Shown in pieces: positions 8,376 to 16,863 of a stretch of DNA of 60,443 nucleotides; within the stretch, counting starts at the first letter, position 1, and each line of letters starts with the position of its first letter. The position numbers and the translations under genes were made by a program. This stretch comes from Bryobacteraceae bacterium (GTDB lineage: Bacteria; Acidobacteriota; Terriglobia; Bryobacterales; Bryobacteraceae), in contig JBAVIH010000097.1 of the NCBI GenBank assembly GCA_049686695.1, positions 1 to 60,443 on the forward strand, in the 5' to 3' direction. The notes under the pieces were generated by a model. The model saw only the letters and a program-made list of their open reading frames with translations, was not told where the DNA came from and searched no databases.

Positions 8376-8957
8376 ATGATCGGCGGCAAAATCGCGTTTG
8401 CGTCGGGAATGCTGGTAGCGCTCGCTGGCGGCTGGCTGGCATTCCCGCACATCCTCTATCAAACCCGGCTGCAGCCGGTCGATTTCAGCCACAAGATACA
8501 CGCCGATAAGGCCGGCGCCAAGTGCGAGGATTGCCACTCGTTCCGCGATGACGGAACCTATGCCGGCATCCCCACGCTGGATAAGTGCTCGGGTTGTCAC
8601 ACCGCCGCCATGGGCGCCACGGCGGAGGAGAAGAATTTCATCGACCGGTACGTGACGCCCAATCGCGAGCCGCAATGGCTGAGCTACGCGGGGCAACCGG
8701 AGAATGTCTACTTTTCGCACGTCTCGCACGTCAAGCTGGGCCACGTGAAATGCGAGCAGTGCCACGGCAACGAAGGCGGCACTGGCGGCCTGCGGCCGTA
8801 CCAGCGGGACCCCATCAGCGGCTACTCGCGCGACATCTGGGGGCGGCCAGTGAACCGGATTGCGCTGCGGACCGAAGGCGGAATGAAGATGGACGATTGC
8901 GTGAACTGCCACCGCCGGCAGGGCCTGGAATACAGTTGCCTGGGGTGTCACAAATGA
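8376..8957 (+). CDS. Membrane-anchored pentaheme cytochrome c (ActA/QrcA-like)
   Basis: 193 aa. N-terminal TM helix. Five CxxCH motifs (CEDCH, CSGCH, CEQCH, CVNCH, CLGCH). The start codon directly follows the upstream stop. Confidence 0.9.
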   Translation: MIGGKIAFASGMLVALAGGWLAFPHILYQTRLQPVDFSHKIHADKAGAKCEDCHSFRDDGTYAGIPTLDKCSGCHTAAMGATAEEKNFIDRYVTPNREPQWLSYAGQPENVYFSHVSHVKLGHVKCEQCHGNEGGTGGLRPYQRDPISGYSRDIWGRPVNRIALRTEGGMKMDDCVNCHRRQGLEYSCLGCHK

Positions 8958-10738
8958 CCACGACACGGCGTAATCTCCTGAAATTCGTGGGCGGCGGAGC
9001 GGCGGGCGCGCTGCTGACGCCGGCGCCGTGGCGGCTGATCACGGACACCGCGCTGTGGAGCGAAAACTGGCCGGGAATTCCGCGGCCGGCGCGCGGCGAG
9101 ATTCGCGCCCGCTTCACCCACTGCACGCTGTGCCCGGCCGGATGCGCGGTGCGCGCGCGATGTGTCAACGGGCAGCCGGTCTCGCTCACCGGCGTGAAAC
9201 CGCACCCCATCAGCCATGGCGCGCTGTGCCCGTGGGGGATCGCGGGACATCATCTGCCTTACCATCCGGCGCGCGTGCGGCAGGGGCCGGTGAAGGAAGC
9301 TCTGGCGGCGGTGGCGCGGGCGATTTCGCAGCGAGGCGCCGGCGAGCGTGTCGCGATGCTCGATTTGCGCCCAGGCCGCACGGTGTCCTGGACCTATCGC
9401 CGCTGCATGGCCGCGATGGATGGCGGCCTCTACCTGACGCCGCGCCAACCCGATTACGCGATCGACCTGGCCGCGGCCCAAACCGTGGTGAGCTTCGGAG
9501 CGCCGCTCTTCGATGGGTGGGGCACGCCGGGCAATGTGTTCGCCGCACGCGCCAATTTCCGCCTGGTCCAAATCGAACCGGTGGAAACGCGGACGGCGGC
9601 GCTGGCGGATGTGTGGCTGCCCATCCGGCCGGGCGCCGAAACGGCAATTGCGGCTGCGCTCGCCGGAGAGACCACAATCGCGGAAGCCGCGCGCGCGACC
9701 GGCGTGGAAGAGCAAGCCCTCGGCGCGGTGAAAGAAGCTATCGGGAGTGGCGCGGCGGTAGCGCTGGCCGCGGACCCTGCCTCGCCGCTGATGAGTCTAA
9801 ACGCGAAATTCAAAGCGCTGGGGCACACCGTGGTGGCGCGGCGCGAAGCGCCGGTGCCCGACGCGTGGAAGAAAGCCGCGCCGGTTGGCGAAATGGCCGC
9901 CGCGCCGGATGGGGCCATTCGCGTCCTGCTGATCGACGAATCGCTGCCCGGCGGGTACGTGCCGTGGCGGGACATTCAACCGAAGCTGGCGCCGGATGCG
10001 GTGGTGGTGGTGTTCGGTTCCTCGAGCGAGGGCTACGCGCGGCACGCCCAGTACGTGCTGCCGGCGCCGGTGTATCCGGAAGCGGCCGAAGACGTTGGGC
10101 CGGCCATCGATACGGTGGCCGCGGTGTTTCGGATTGCCGCGCCGCTGATTGCGCCGGCCGTCCCGGTGGTGAATCCGGGCGAGCTGTTGGCGCGGATCGC
10201 CGGCCTGCCGGCATCCGATCCGCTGCGCGAGCGGGCCGACGCTATTCACAAAGCCGGTCACGGGTCGCTGCTTGGCTATGCGGACAGAAAATCGACGCTC
10301 GTGAAGGACGTTGCGGCGGACGATTTCTGGAAGACTCTCAACCAGGGCGGGTGCTGGATGGACGCGACGGGCAAGAAAGCGGCGCCGGGAAAGCTCGCGT
10401 TCCGCGCTTCCGGCGAGCAGCCGCATGACGATCTGCCGCTGGCCGTGGTGGCGGCGGAGGCGAGGCGAGGCGGTCTCGAATCGCCGCTGATGTCGAAACT
10501 CGAGCGCGAGTCGAACCTGCGCTTGTCCGCCAACGGGCTGGCGCTTTCGCCCGCGGATGCCCGCGCGAACGGGATCGAAAATGGCGGCCGTTGCCTGCTC
10601 GAAACGGCTTGCGGACGCTTGAGCGTGGTGGCCACCATCGATGCGGGCGTGCCGTCCGGCGTGGTGGAAGTCTCGGGCGGACCGCGGATGGCCGATTTGT
10701 GCAGCGGGAGCCAGCGTGCCAGGGTGGTGCGGATATGA
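8954..10738 (+). CDS. TAT-exported molybdopterin-oxidoreductase-family subunit, unusually short (ActB1/QrcB/PsrA-like)
   Basis: 594 aa from ATG 8954, with an ATGA overlap on the cytochrome stop. Twin-arginine signal 'TTRRNLLKFVGGGAAGA'. N-terminal Fe-S motif 'HCTLCPAGCAVRARC'. C-terminal Molydop_binding-like barrel ('LSPADARANGIENGGRCLLETACGRLSVVATIDAGVPSGVVEV'). Confidence 0.85.
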   Translation: MTTTRRNLLKFVGGGAAGALLTPAPWRLITDTALWSENWPGIPRPARGEIRARFTHCTLCPAGCAVRARCVNGQPVSLTGVKPHPISHGALCPWGIAGHHLPYHPARVRQGPVKEALAAVARAISQRGAGERVAMLDLRPGRTVSWTYRRCMAAMDGGLYLTPRQPDYAIDLAAAQTVVSFGAPLFDGWGTPGNVFAARANFRLVQIEPVETRTAALADVWLPIRPGAETAIAAALAGETTIAEAARATGVEEQALGAVKEAIGSGAAVALAADPASPLMSLNAKFKALGHTVVARREAPVPDAWKKAAPVGEMAAAPDGAIRVLLIDESLPGGYVPWRDIQPKLAPDAVVVVFGSSSEGYARHAQYVLPAPVYPEAAEDVGPAIDTVAAVFRIAAPLIAPAVPVVNPGELLARIAGLPASDPLRERADAIHKAGHGSLLGYADRKSTLVKDVAADDFWKTLNQGGCWMDATGKKAAPGKLAFRASGEQPHDDLPLAVVAAEARRGGLESPLMSKLERESNLRLSANGLALSPADARANGIENGGRCLLETACGRLSVVATIDAGVPSGVVEVSGGPRMADLCSGSQRARVVRI

Positions 10739-11493
10739 CCGCGCCAAAGCTCTACGGCATGTCGATCGATATCGACAAGTGCAACGGCTGCGGCGCCTGC
10801 ATGATGGCTTGCGCGGTCGAAAACAATATCCCGCCGGCGCCGGAATCCGCCAACGATCGCAAGGGCATCACCTGGATTCGAGTCTACAAAGTGGATAACC
10901 ACCGCGCCTATCCGGAACGGCGCTCGGCGTTTGTGCCGGTGCTCTGCCAGCAGTGCGGCCACGACACGCCTTGCGTCCACGTCTGCCCGCAGCAGGCGGT
11001 GGATGTGGATCCGGCCACCGGCATCGTGGGCCAGATGCCGGAGCGCTGCCTGGGCTGCCGTTATTGCATGGTGGCTTGCCCGTATCACGCGCGCTATTTC
11101 AACTGGTGGGACCCGGCGTGGCCGGCCGGCATGGAGAAAACGCTCAACCCCGACGTCGCGCCGCGCATGCGGGGCGTGGTCGAGAAATGTAATTTCTGCC
11201 ACGGCCGCTGGCATGCCGCGCAGCAGAAAGCGGCGGCGGCCGGTCAACGCGAAATCGATGCGGCCGATTACGTCCCCGCCTGCGTGGAAGCCTGCCCCAC
11301 CGGCGCCCTCCGCTTCGGCGATCTCAACGATTCGTCGAGCGAGGTCGCGCAGGACGCTCGACGCCCGGAGAGCTTCCGCCTGCTCGAAAAGATCGGCACC
11401 GAGCCGAAGATTCATTACCGCTCCCGCCGCGACTGGGTGCGCGAGATCGCGAGCGCTCCGCGGCCCGAAGGAAAGGATGGCATCCGTGGATAA
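10735..11493 (+). CDS. 4Fe-4S ferredoxin-type subunit (HybA/PsrB/ActB2/QrcC-like)
   Basis: 252 aa, with an ATGA overlap on the upstream gene. Motifs 'CNGCGACMMAC', 'CQQCGHDTPCVHVCP', 'CLGCRYCMVACPY' and 'CNFC...CVEACPTGA'. Confidence 0.9.
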   Translation: MTAPKLYGMSIDIDKCNGCGACMMACAVENNIPPAPESANDRKGITWIRVYKVDNHRAYPERRSAFVPVLCQQCGHDTPCVHVCPQQAVDVDPATGIVGQMPERCLGCRYCMVACPYHARYFNWWDPAWPAGMEKTLNPDVAPRMRGVVEKCNFCHGRWHAAQQKAAAAGQREIDAADYVPACVEACPTGALRFGDLNDSSSEVAQDARRPESFRLLEKIGTEPKIHYRSRRDWVREIASAPRPEGKDGIRG

Positions 11494-12760
11494 GGAACTC
11501 ATCCCGCGCGGCCTGCGGCGCTCCTCCACCGGACGATTCCTGCTGTGGATTCTTCCCTGGGCGGCCTTGCTCGGGTTCGGCCTGTACTGCGCCGGGTTGT
11601 GCCTGGTGAAGGGCCTCAACCAGACCAACATGGACAACCGCTTCGCTTTCGGCCTCTGGATCTTCCTCGATCTGACCGTGATCGCGCTGGGCGCGGGCGC
11701 GTTCTTCACCGGGTTCCTGCTCTACATTTTGAAAATCGGCGAGATGCGCTCGGTAATCAACAGCGCCGTGGTGATCGGCCTGGTGTGCTACAGCGGCGCG
11801 ATGGCCGCGCTGGCGGTGGATGTCGGCCAGCCGCTGCGATCGTGGTTCACCTTCTGGTACCCCAACGTGCATTCCATGCTGACGGAAGTCACCTTCTGCA
11901 TCAGTTGCTACCTCACCGTGCTGCTGATCGAATACCTGCCCATCGTGCTGCGCAACCGGAAGCTGCACGAGGTGCCGTCGTTCCTGGTGTTCGAATACGA
12001 ATTGCATAAGGTGACCTACGTGCTGGCCGGCGTGGGCACGTTCCTTTCGTTCTTCCATCAGGGCTCGCTGGGCGGATTGTATGGCGTGCTGCGCGGCCGT
12101 CCGTTCGCGTTCCGGGAAGGGTTGGCGGTGTGGCCCACCACATTCTTCCTGTTTATTCTGTCGGCGGCGGCGGTGGGGCCGAGCTTCATCCTGCTGACCA
12201 CCTGGGCGGTCGAGAAGCTTTCGCGCAAGCGGCTGGTGAGGCCCGAGGTGTTCCGGCGGCTGGCGGGCATTTCCGGCCTGCTGTTGGCGGTGTACGTGCT
12301 GGCCAAGGCGTTGGACACGCTGGTCTGGATCAACCGCACCTCGCCGGGGACCGGTTTTGAGGCTTGGCAGTATTACAGTTGGAAACCGTTCGGCACCTGG
12401 ATCCTGTTCGCCGAAATCGCGCTCTTCGGTCTGCTGCCCGCGCTGGTGATGCTGACCCCGCGGCTGCGCGCGCACACCGGCTGGCTGGTAGCGGCGGCGG
12501 CGATGGCCTGCTGCGGCGTGACGCTCAACCGTTTCGTGATGACGGTGCAGACGCTGGCGCTGCCCACACTGTCGTTCGATCCTTACCTTTCGTACTTTCC
12601 GAGCTGGCAGGAAATCGGGACTTTCCTGGCGGTGGTGGCGTATGGAGTTCTGGTGTATTCATTTTCGTTCCGCTACTTCAATCTGTTCCCGGAAGAGCGC
12701 GAACTGAAACTCGAAGCGGCGGCGCAGGAAGAAGAAACCGCGCTGGCCGGGAGGTATTAA
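11477..12760 (+). CDS. NrfD/HybB/PsrC-family integral membrane quinone-interacting subunit
   Basis: 427 aa and polytopic. 'NMDNRFAFGLWIFLDLTVIALGAGAFFTG' is typical of the NrfD/HybB family. Overlaps the upstream gene by 17 nt; an alternative GTG start lies at 11486. Confidence 0.9.
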   Translation: MASVDKELIPRGLRRSSTGRFLLWILPWAALLGFGLYCAGLCLVKGLNQTNMDNRFAFGLWIFLDLTVIALGAGAFFTGFLLYILKIGEMRSVINSAVVIGLVCYSGAMAALAVDVGQPLRSWFTFWYPNVHSMLTEVTFCISCYLTVLLIEYLPIVLRNRKLHEVPSFLVFEYELHKVTYVLAGVGTFLSFFHQGSLGGLYGVLRGRPFAFREGLAVWPTTFFLFILSAAAVGPSFILLTTWAVEKLSRKRLVRPEVFRRLAGISGLLLAVYVLAKALDTLVWINRTSPGTGFEAWQYYSWKPFGTWILFAEIALFGLLPALVMLTPRLRAHTGWLVAAAAMACCGVTLNRFVMTVQTLALPTLSFDPYLSYFPSWQEIGTFLAVVAYGVLVYSFSFRYFNLFPEERELKLEAAAQEEETALAGRY

Positions 12761-13594
12761 GTGTTGCCGTGGAACTATGGGTTCGACTGGAATGCCGGTC
12801 ATATCATCTTCCTGGGCGCTTTCTACGCCGTGCTGGCGGTGGTGGCGTCGACGGTGGCCTGGGCGGGCGTCCGCTCAGGGCGCGCGCTGCGCTCGGGCCA
12901 GGTGGATGCGATCCGCTGGCATTCCGATTTTGCCAGCCTGCCTTGCAGCGAACGGGTGTGCCGCCACGTCCTGACCGGTGAGTTCCAGCATCGGCAGTGC
13001 CAGCGCGCGTTCTGCTGCGGGGGATGCGAAGCGCACGCCAGGCTAATCGAGCGGCACCCGCTGCCACGAGTGGAAGAGCCGCAGGAAGAGGTATGCGGAA
13101 TGACGTTTCCGCTGGACCGCTTCTACCATCGCGGCCACACCTGGGCGCGGCTGGATCGGGATGGAACCGTGCTGGTGGGGCTGGACGAGTTAGGCAAGCG
13201 CCTGCTGGGCCAGCCGGATGCGCTGCGGTTGCCAAGACCCGGCCGCCGCGTCCACGCCAACGGCGCCGCGTTTCGGGTGCGCCGCCGCAACGCCAAGGTA
13301 CGCGTGATGTGCCCGGTGGACGGCAAAGTGGTGGAAACCGGGAGCGCGGAGCGCGGCTGGTACCTGCGGATCAAGCCGGACAGCAACAATGTGCAGGCGT
13401 TTCAGCACCTGTTGCGCGGCGCTGAAATCAAACCCTGGATCCAGCACGAAATGGAGCGCCTGCAACTGGCGCTCACCGCCGAAGGCGCAGCCCCAGCGCT
13501 GGCCGATGGCGGCGTCCCGGTCAACGACATCGCCGCCGCCTACCCCGCCGCCGATTGGGACGCGGTCTGCGGCGATATGTTCCTCGAAGGGTAA
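12761..13594 (+). CDS. Membrane-anchored Cys-rich protein with C-terminal GcvH-like domain (second GcvH-fold gene of the operon)
   Basis: 277 aa from GTG 12761, directly after the nrfD-like stop. TM helix 'HIIFLGAFYAVLAVVASTVAW'. Cys cluster 'CSERVCRH...CQRAFCCGGCEAH'. GcvH-like 'FYHRGHTWARLDRDGTVLVGLDELGKRLLG...PVDGKVVE...GWYLRIKP'. Confidence 0.7.
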   Translation: MLPWNYGFDWNAGHIIFLGAFYAVLAVVASTVAWAGVRSGRALRSGQVDAIRWHSDFASLPCSERVCRHVLTGEFQHRQCQRAFCCGGCEAHARLIERHPLPRVEEPQEEVCGMTFPLDRFYHRGHTWARLDRDGTVLVGLDELGKRLLGQPDALRLPRPGRRVHANGAAFRVRRRNAKVRVMCPVDGKVVETGSAERGWYLRIKPDSNNVQAFQHLLRGAEIKPWIQHEMERLQLALTAEGAAPALADGGVPVNDIAAAYPAADWDAVCGDMFLEG

Positions 13595-13656
13595 GACCGC
13601 CATCTGGTGCTGGCGTGAATTACCCGACCTACGCGTTCACCCATTAGCCGCGTGGG

Positions 13657-13694
13657 GCGGACGCCCTCGTCCGCGCGCGACCCCCAGGTCGCGC
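13657..13694. terminator. Two tandem GC-rich hairpins between convergent genes (possible bidirectional terminator / REP-like)
   Basis: 'gcggacg-ccct-cgtccgc' is immediately followed by 'gcgcgac-ccccag-gtcgcgc', then 'tctt'. They sit between the convergent gene ends at 13594 and 13706. Confidence 0.35.
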
Positions 13695-13705
13695 TCTTGC
13701 TCGTC

Positions 13706-14275
13706 CTACGCGAAGTCCCCGCCCAGCTCGGCCAGTTGCGCCCCGGTGAGCGGCTGTTCGGCCCGGAAGCTCGGGTGGTCAATCACAATCCGTGCGCCGC
13801 TCGTCCAGCGCACCCGCTGCTCCGGCGTCAGCGGGAACTTGATGTATTGCACCGAGCTCAGCCGGTCGGTCGAAATCTGCCGCGTGTCGAACCTGGCGCG
13901 CGTGGATGGCAGATCCGCCACCGCGATCCAGACATGCTCTTCGAAACCGCGCAGCTCGCGCAGCCGGACATCGCGCTCGCGCGGCGATTCGTATTCGATC
14001 AGCAGGCAGGCGGAGAGATCTCCCGGGCCGGGAATCAGCTCGTTGTAGGTTTCCACCTCGTGCCGGATTGCCTCGGGAAAGACCATCCGCTCAATCCGCA
14101 CCATTTCCTGGATCTGGTAGCGCACGGTCTCGCGGTTTTCGAAAAGAAACGTCAGGTGCCCGCCCACCAAAACGCGCCGGCGGTCCTTGAGCGCCATCAT
14201 TTTCGGCCGCAATTCGGGGCGTTCCAACTCGTATTCGGCGATGTTGAGGATTTCGGAAACGTCAATCGGCTTCAT
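13706..14275 (-). CDS. DUF3501-like protein
   Basis: 189 aa from ATG 14275, with an ATGA overlap on the upstream stop. I recall the sequence type ('...VGGHLTFLFENRETVRYQIQEMVRIE...LLIEYE...') as the DUF3501 family that accompanies rubrerythrin and HdrD-like genes. The call is by memory only. Confidence 0.6.
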   Translation of the reverse strand: MKPIDVSEILNIAEYELERPELRPKMMALKDRRRVLVGGHLTFLFENRETVRYQIQEMVRIERMVFPEAIRHEVETYNELIPGPGDLSACLLIEYESPRERDVRLRELRGFEEHVWIAVADLPSTRARFDTRQISTDRLSSVQYIKFPLTPEQRVRWTSGARIVIDHPSFRAEQPLTGAQLAELGGDFA

Positions 14276-15591
14276 TCCGGTTTTGCCTCCACGGGATTGG
14301 GAAAGCCATCGGCGCGATAGGCGCGCTCGAGCACCTGGATGGGATGCACCGGCCGCCGCCCGAGCGCCTGTTGGATCTGGATGGAGGCCAACGGGCAATC
14401 GCTGGCCCAGACGTCGGCCCCGGCCTCGCTGAAGGCGTCGAAAGCCTTCTTGCCCGCCAGCAGCGAAAGCGGGAAGAACTCGCGCTTCATGGCCCAGGTG
14501 CCGTCGTGCCCGGAGCACTGCTCGATCAACGTGATTTTGGTTCCCGGAATCAGCCGCATCATATCGCGCGAGCGGTACCCGACGTTCTGCGCGCGCAAGT
14601 GGCACGGCAGATGATAGGCGATGCTGCCCGGCGAGGAGCGGAAATCGCGGTTGAATTTGCCCTGCTGCTTGAGCTCGAAGAGGAATTCGCAGATATCGCG
14701 CGCCGCCGCACCCACCTCGCGCGCCTCCGGCGTGCCCACCAGTTCGGCATATTCCTTGCGCAGCATGTACGAGCAGGTGGGATCGATGGCGACCACCTTC
14801 TTGCCCGCGCGCACCTCGGGCAGCAGCGCCGCCACGTTTTGCTCCGCCATCTTCCTGGCCAGCTCGAGATCGCCGGACTCGATGGCCGGCATGCCGCAGC
14901 AGTTCTGCCGCGGAACGCCCAGCGACACGCCGTTTTTCGAAAACACGGCGATGGCGGCCTTGCCGATTTCGGGGTCGTTATAATTCACCGAGCAGGTATA
15001 GAAGAGCACCGCCTGGCGAGGATCGCCCGCCGGCGCAGGCTGCTTGCGGTACCAGTCTTCGAAAGTCTCGCCGTGAAACTCGGGCAGGATCTTTTCGCGG
15101 TGGATGCCGAGCACTTTTTCCAAACCCACCCGCAACAGCGGCTGGCGATTGGCCCAGTTCGACAGGCCCGGCGTTATCCCGGCCATCCGGCCGATCCTCT
15201 CCGGCTGCGCCAGCAACCGGTTCCGCAGCGGGATGCCACGCTCCTTGCGGCGCACCGCGTTGGCGCGGATCATCAGGCGCGGAAAATCCAGTTGAAACTC
15301 GTGCTTGTCATCCGGCGTGTAGGGACACTTCACGTAGCAGATCTTGCATTGGAAGCAGAGGTCGATGACGCGATCGGTTTCGTCGCGCTGGAGCTGGCGG
15401 ACGTCGCCCGTGCGCTCGACCGCCTGGAACAGCGCGGGAAAGCTGGAGCAGAGATTGAAACACAGGCGGCAGCCGCTGCAGATTTCGAACACACGGTCGA
15501 TTTCCTGCTGCAAGGCGGGCTTGTCCCAGTAAACGGGCTGGTTGGGGTTGTAGCACAGGCCGGCGGTCGGCGTGCCTTTAATGACGGACAT
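14272..15591 (-). CDS. (Fe-S)-binding protein, HdrD/GlpC-like (two 4Fe-4S motifs plus CCG domains)
   Basis: 439 aa from ATG 15591, with GGAG upstream. Motifs 'CSGCRLCFNLC' and 'CFQCKICYVKCPY'. C-terminal CCG-type motifs ('NCCGMP', 'CHLRAQ', 'QCSGHDG'). Confidence 0.85.
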   Translation of the reverse strand: MSVIKGTPTAGLCYNPNQPVYWDKPALQQEIDRVFEICSGCRLCFNLCSSFPALFQAVERTGDVRQLQRDETDRVIDLCFQCKICYVKCPYTPDDKHEFQLDFPRLMIRANAVRRKERGIPLRNRLLAQPERIGRMAGITPGLSNWANRQPLLRVGLEKVLGIHREKILPEFHGETFEDWYRKQPAPAGDPRQAVLFYTCSVNYNDPEIGKAAIAVFSKNGVSLGVPRQNCCGMPAIESGDLELARKMAEQNVAALLPEVRAGKKVVAIDPTCSYMLRKEYAELVGTPEAREVGAAARDICEFLFELKQQGKFNRDFRSSPGSIAYHLPCHLRAQNVGYRSRDMMRLIPGTKITLIEQCSGHDGTWAMKREFFPLSLLAGKKAFDAFSEAGADVWASDCPLASIQIQQALGRRPVHPIQVLERAYRADGFPNPVEAKPE

Positions 15592-15712
15592 GTATGACTC
15601 CAGGCCGTCGCGGACCGCTTGCGCGCGGCCGCGGCGGCACGGTATTTCTTCATCGTCTGGCCGCAACTGCCAGACAGCGGTTGGCCACAACGGGCAAACC
15701 GCCGGATCGGCG

Positions 15713-16132
15713 CTAGGCGATCGACTTCAGCCCCTGCGCGAAGCGCCCGGCGTGCGATTTCTCGGCCTTGGCCAAGGTCTCGAACCAGTCGGCGATCTCG
15801 GCGAAGCCCTCTTCGCGGGCGGCTTTGGCCATGCCCGGATACATGTCGGTGTATTCATGGGTCTCGCCGGCGATGGCCGCCTCGAGGTTGGTGGCGGTAT
15901 CGCCGATGGGAAGGTCCGTGGCGGGGTCGCCGACCGGCTTCAAATAATCCAGGTGGCCGTGCGCGTGGCCGGTTTCGCCTTCCGCCGTGTCGCGGAACAG
16001 CCCCGCGATATCCGGGTAGCCCTCCACATCGGCCTGCTTGGCGAAATACAGGTAGCGGCGGTTGGCCTGCGATTCGCCGGCGAACGCCGCCTTCAGATTC
16101 TCGTGAGTCTTGGTGCCTTTCAATGTAGCCAT
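15713..16132 (-). CDS. Rubrerythrin-family diiron protein (no rubredoxin domain)
   Basis: 139 aa. '[33 protein letters not shown]' and '[11 protein letters not shown]...[14 protein letters not shown]...AEKSHAGRF' give the ExxH pairs of the ferritin-like four-helix bundle. Confidence 0.9.
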   Translation of the reverse strand: MATLKGTKTHENLKAAFAGESQANRRYLYFAKQADVEGYPDIAGLFRDTAEGETGHAHGHLDYLKPVGDPATDLPIGDTATNLEAAIAGETHEYTDMYPGMAKAAREEGFAEIADWFETLAKAEKSHAGRFAQGLKSIA

Positions 16133-16224
16133 AGTTGTGCTTCCTTCGTTCGAAATGAATCGCGCGCGGGTTCTGCTGAAAACCTTGCGCCCCCGCACCC
16201 ATCAGGTTATCTCAAACCCCAGCC

Positions 16225-16248
16225 GGTGGGGCATGCTTTTAGCTTGCC
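16225..16248. repeat. REP-like unit 'ggtggggcatgcttttagcttgcc' (single copy)
   Basis: Same motif family as 17646, 50204/50247 and 55065/55109. Intergenic, between the rubrerythrin gene and the FMN-reductase gene. Confidence 0.6.
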
Positions 16249-16296
16249 AACGCCCGCTTGCGGTGAGTGTTTCAGAGCATCCGGCCGCGCCGTACA

Positions 16297-16851
16297 CTAC
16301 TTCAGCTTGCGCGTCCACGCCGCCAGCGCGGCCAGCAGCTTCCGGATCGACTCCCCGGTATGCTCGTCGGTCAGGTTCCCCGCCGCGTCGAACTTCTGCG
16401 CCGCGCCGCTAATCATGACTTCCGGCTTGTTCAACGGGTGCATATCGAGGAAAACGAAGCACTGCCGCAAATGGTATTGCGCTCGCGCCGTCCCAAACGG
16501 GCCCGGCGACGCGCCCATCACCGCGACCGGTTTCCCCTGCCAGCAACTGTCGCCATAGGGCCGCGAGCCCCAGTCAATCGCGTTTTTCAGCACGCCCGGA
16601 ATCGAGTAGTTAAACTCGGGCGTAACGAACAGAACCGCGTCCGCCGCGCGCACCCGCTCCTTCAATTCGGCTACGCACGCCGGCGTCGTGGTCTCGTCAT
16701 CCTGGTTGTAAAGGGGAATTTGGTCGAGATCGAAAATCTCCACCTTCACTCCCTCCGGCGCCAGCGCCTGTGCCGCGCGCAGCGCGGCGCGGTTCAACGA
16801 GCCCTTGCGCAGGCTCCCCGCAATTCCCAAAACCGTCACTGTAGATTCCAT
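16297..16851 (-). CDS. NAD(P)H-dependent FMN reductase (flavodoxin-like fold, ChrR/YieF-type)
   Basis: 184 aa from ATG 16851. Motifs 'VLGIAGSLRKGSLNRA' and 'FVTPEFNYSIPGVLKNAIDW'. Confidence 0.85.
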   Translation of the reverse strand: MESTVTVLGIAGSLRKGSLNRAALRAAQALAPEGVKVEIFDLDQIPLYNQDDETTTPACVAELKERVRAADAVLFVTPEFNYSIPGVLKNAIDWGSRPYGDSCWQGKPVAVMGASPGPFGTARAQYHLRQCFVFLDMHPLNKPEVMISGAAQKFDAAGNLTDEHTGESIRKLLAALAAWTRKLK

Positions 16852-16863
16852 CACTTCAGTAGG

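Noticed and set aside
8585-8953. N-terminal extension of the MopB ORF (the track ORF starts at 8585)
   Set aside because: The extension overlaps the cytochrome c gene out of frame. The twin-arginine signal begins right after ATG 8954, which forms an ATGA overlap with the cytochrome stop.
7239-8966. 575-aa minus-strand ORF across the start of the cytochrome operon
   Set aside because: Antisense to the GcvH-like and pentaheme cytochrome genes, with Arg/Ala/Pro-rich composition. The five CxxCH motifs on the plus strand settle the coding strand.
10276-12475. 477-aa and 383-aa minus-strand ORFs
   Set aside because: Antisense to the 4Fe-4S and NrfD-like genes, with no motifs and extreme Arg/Pro/Gly content.
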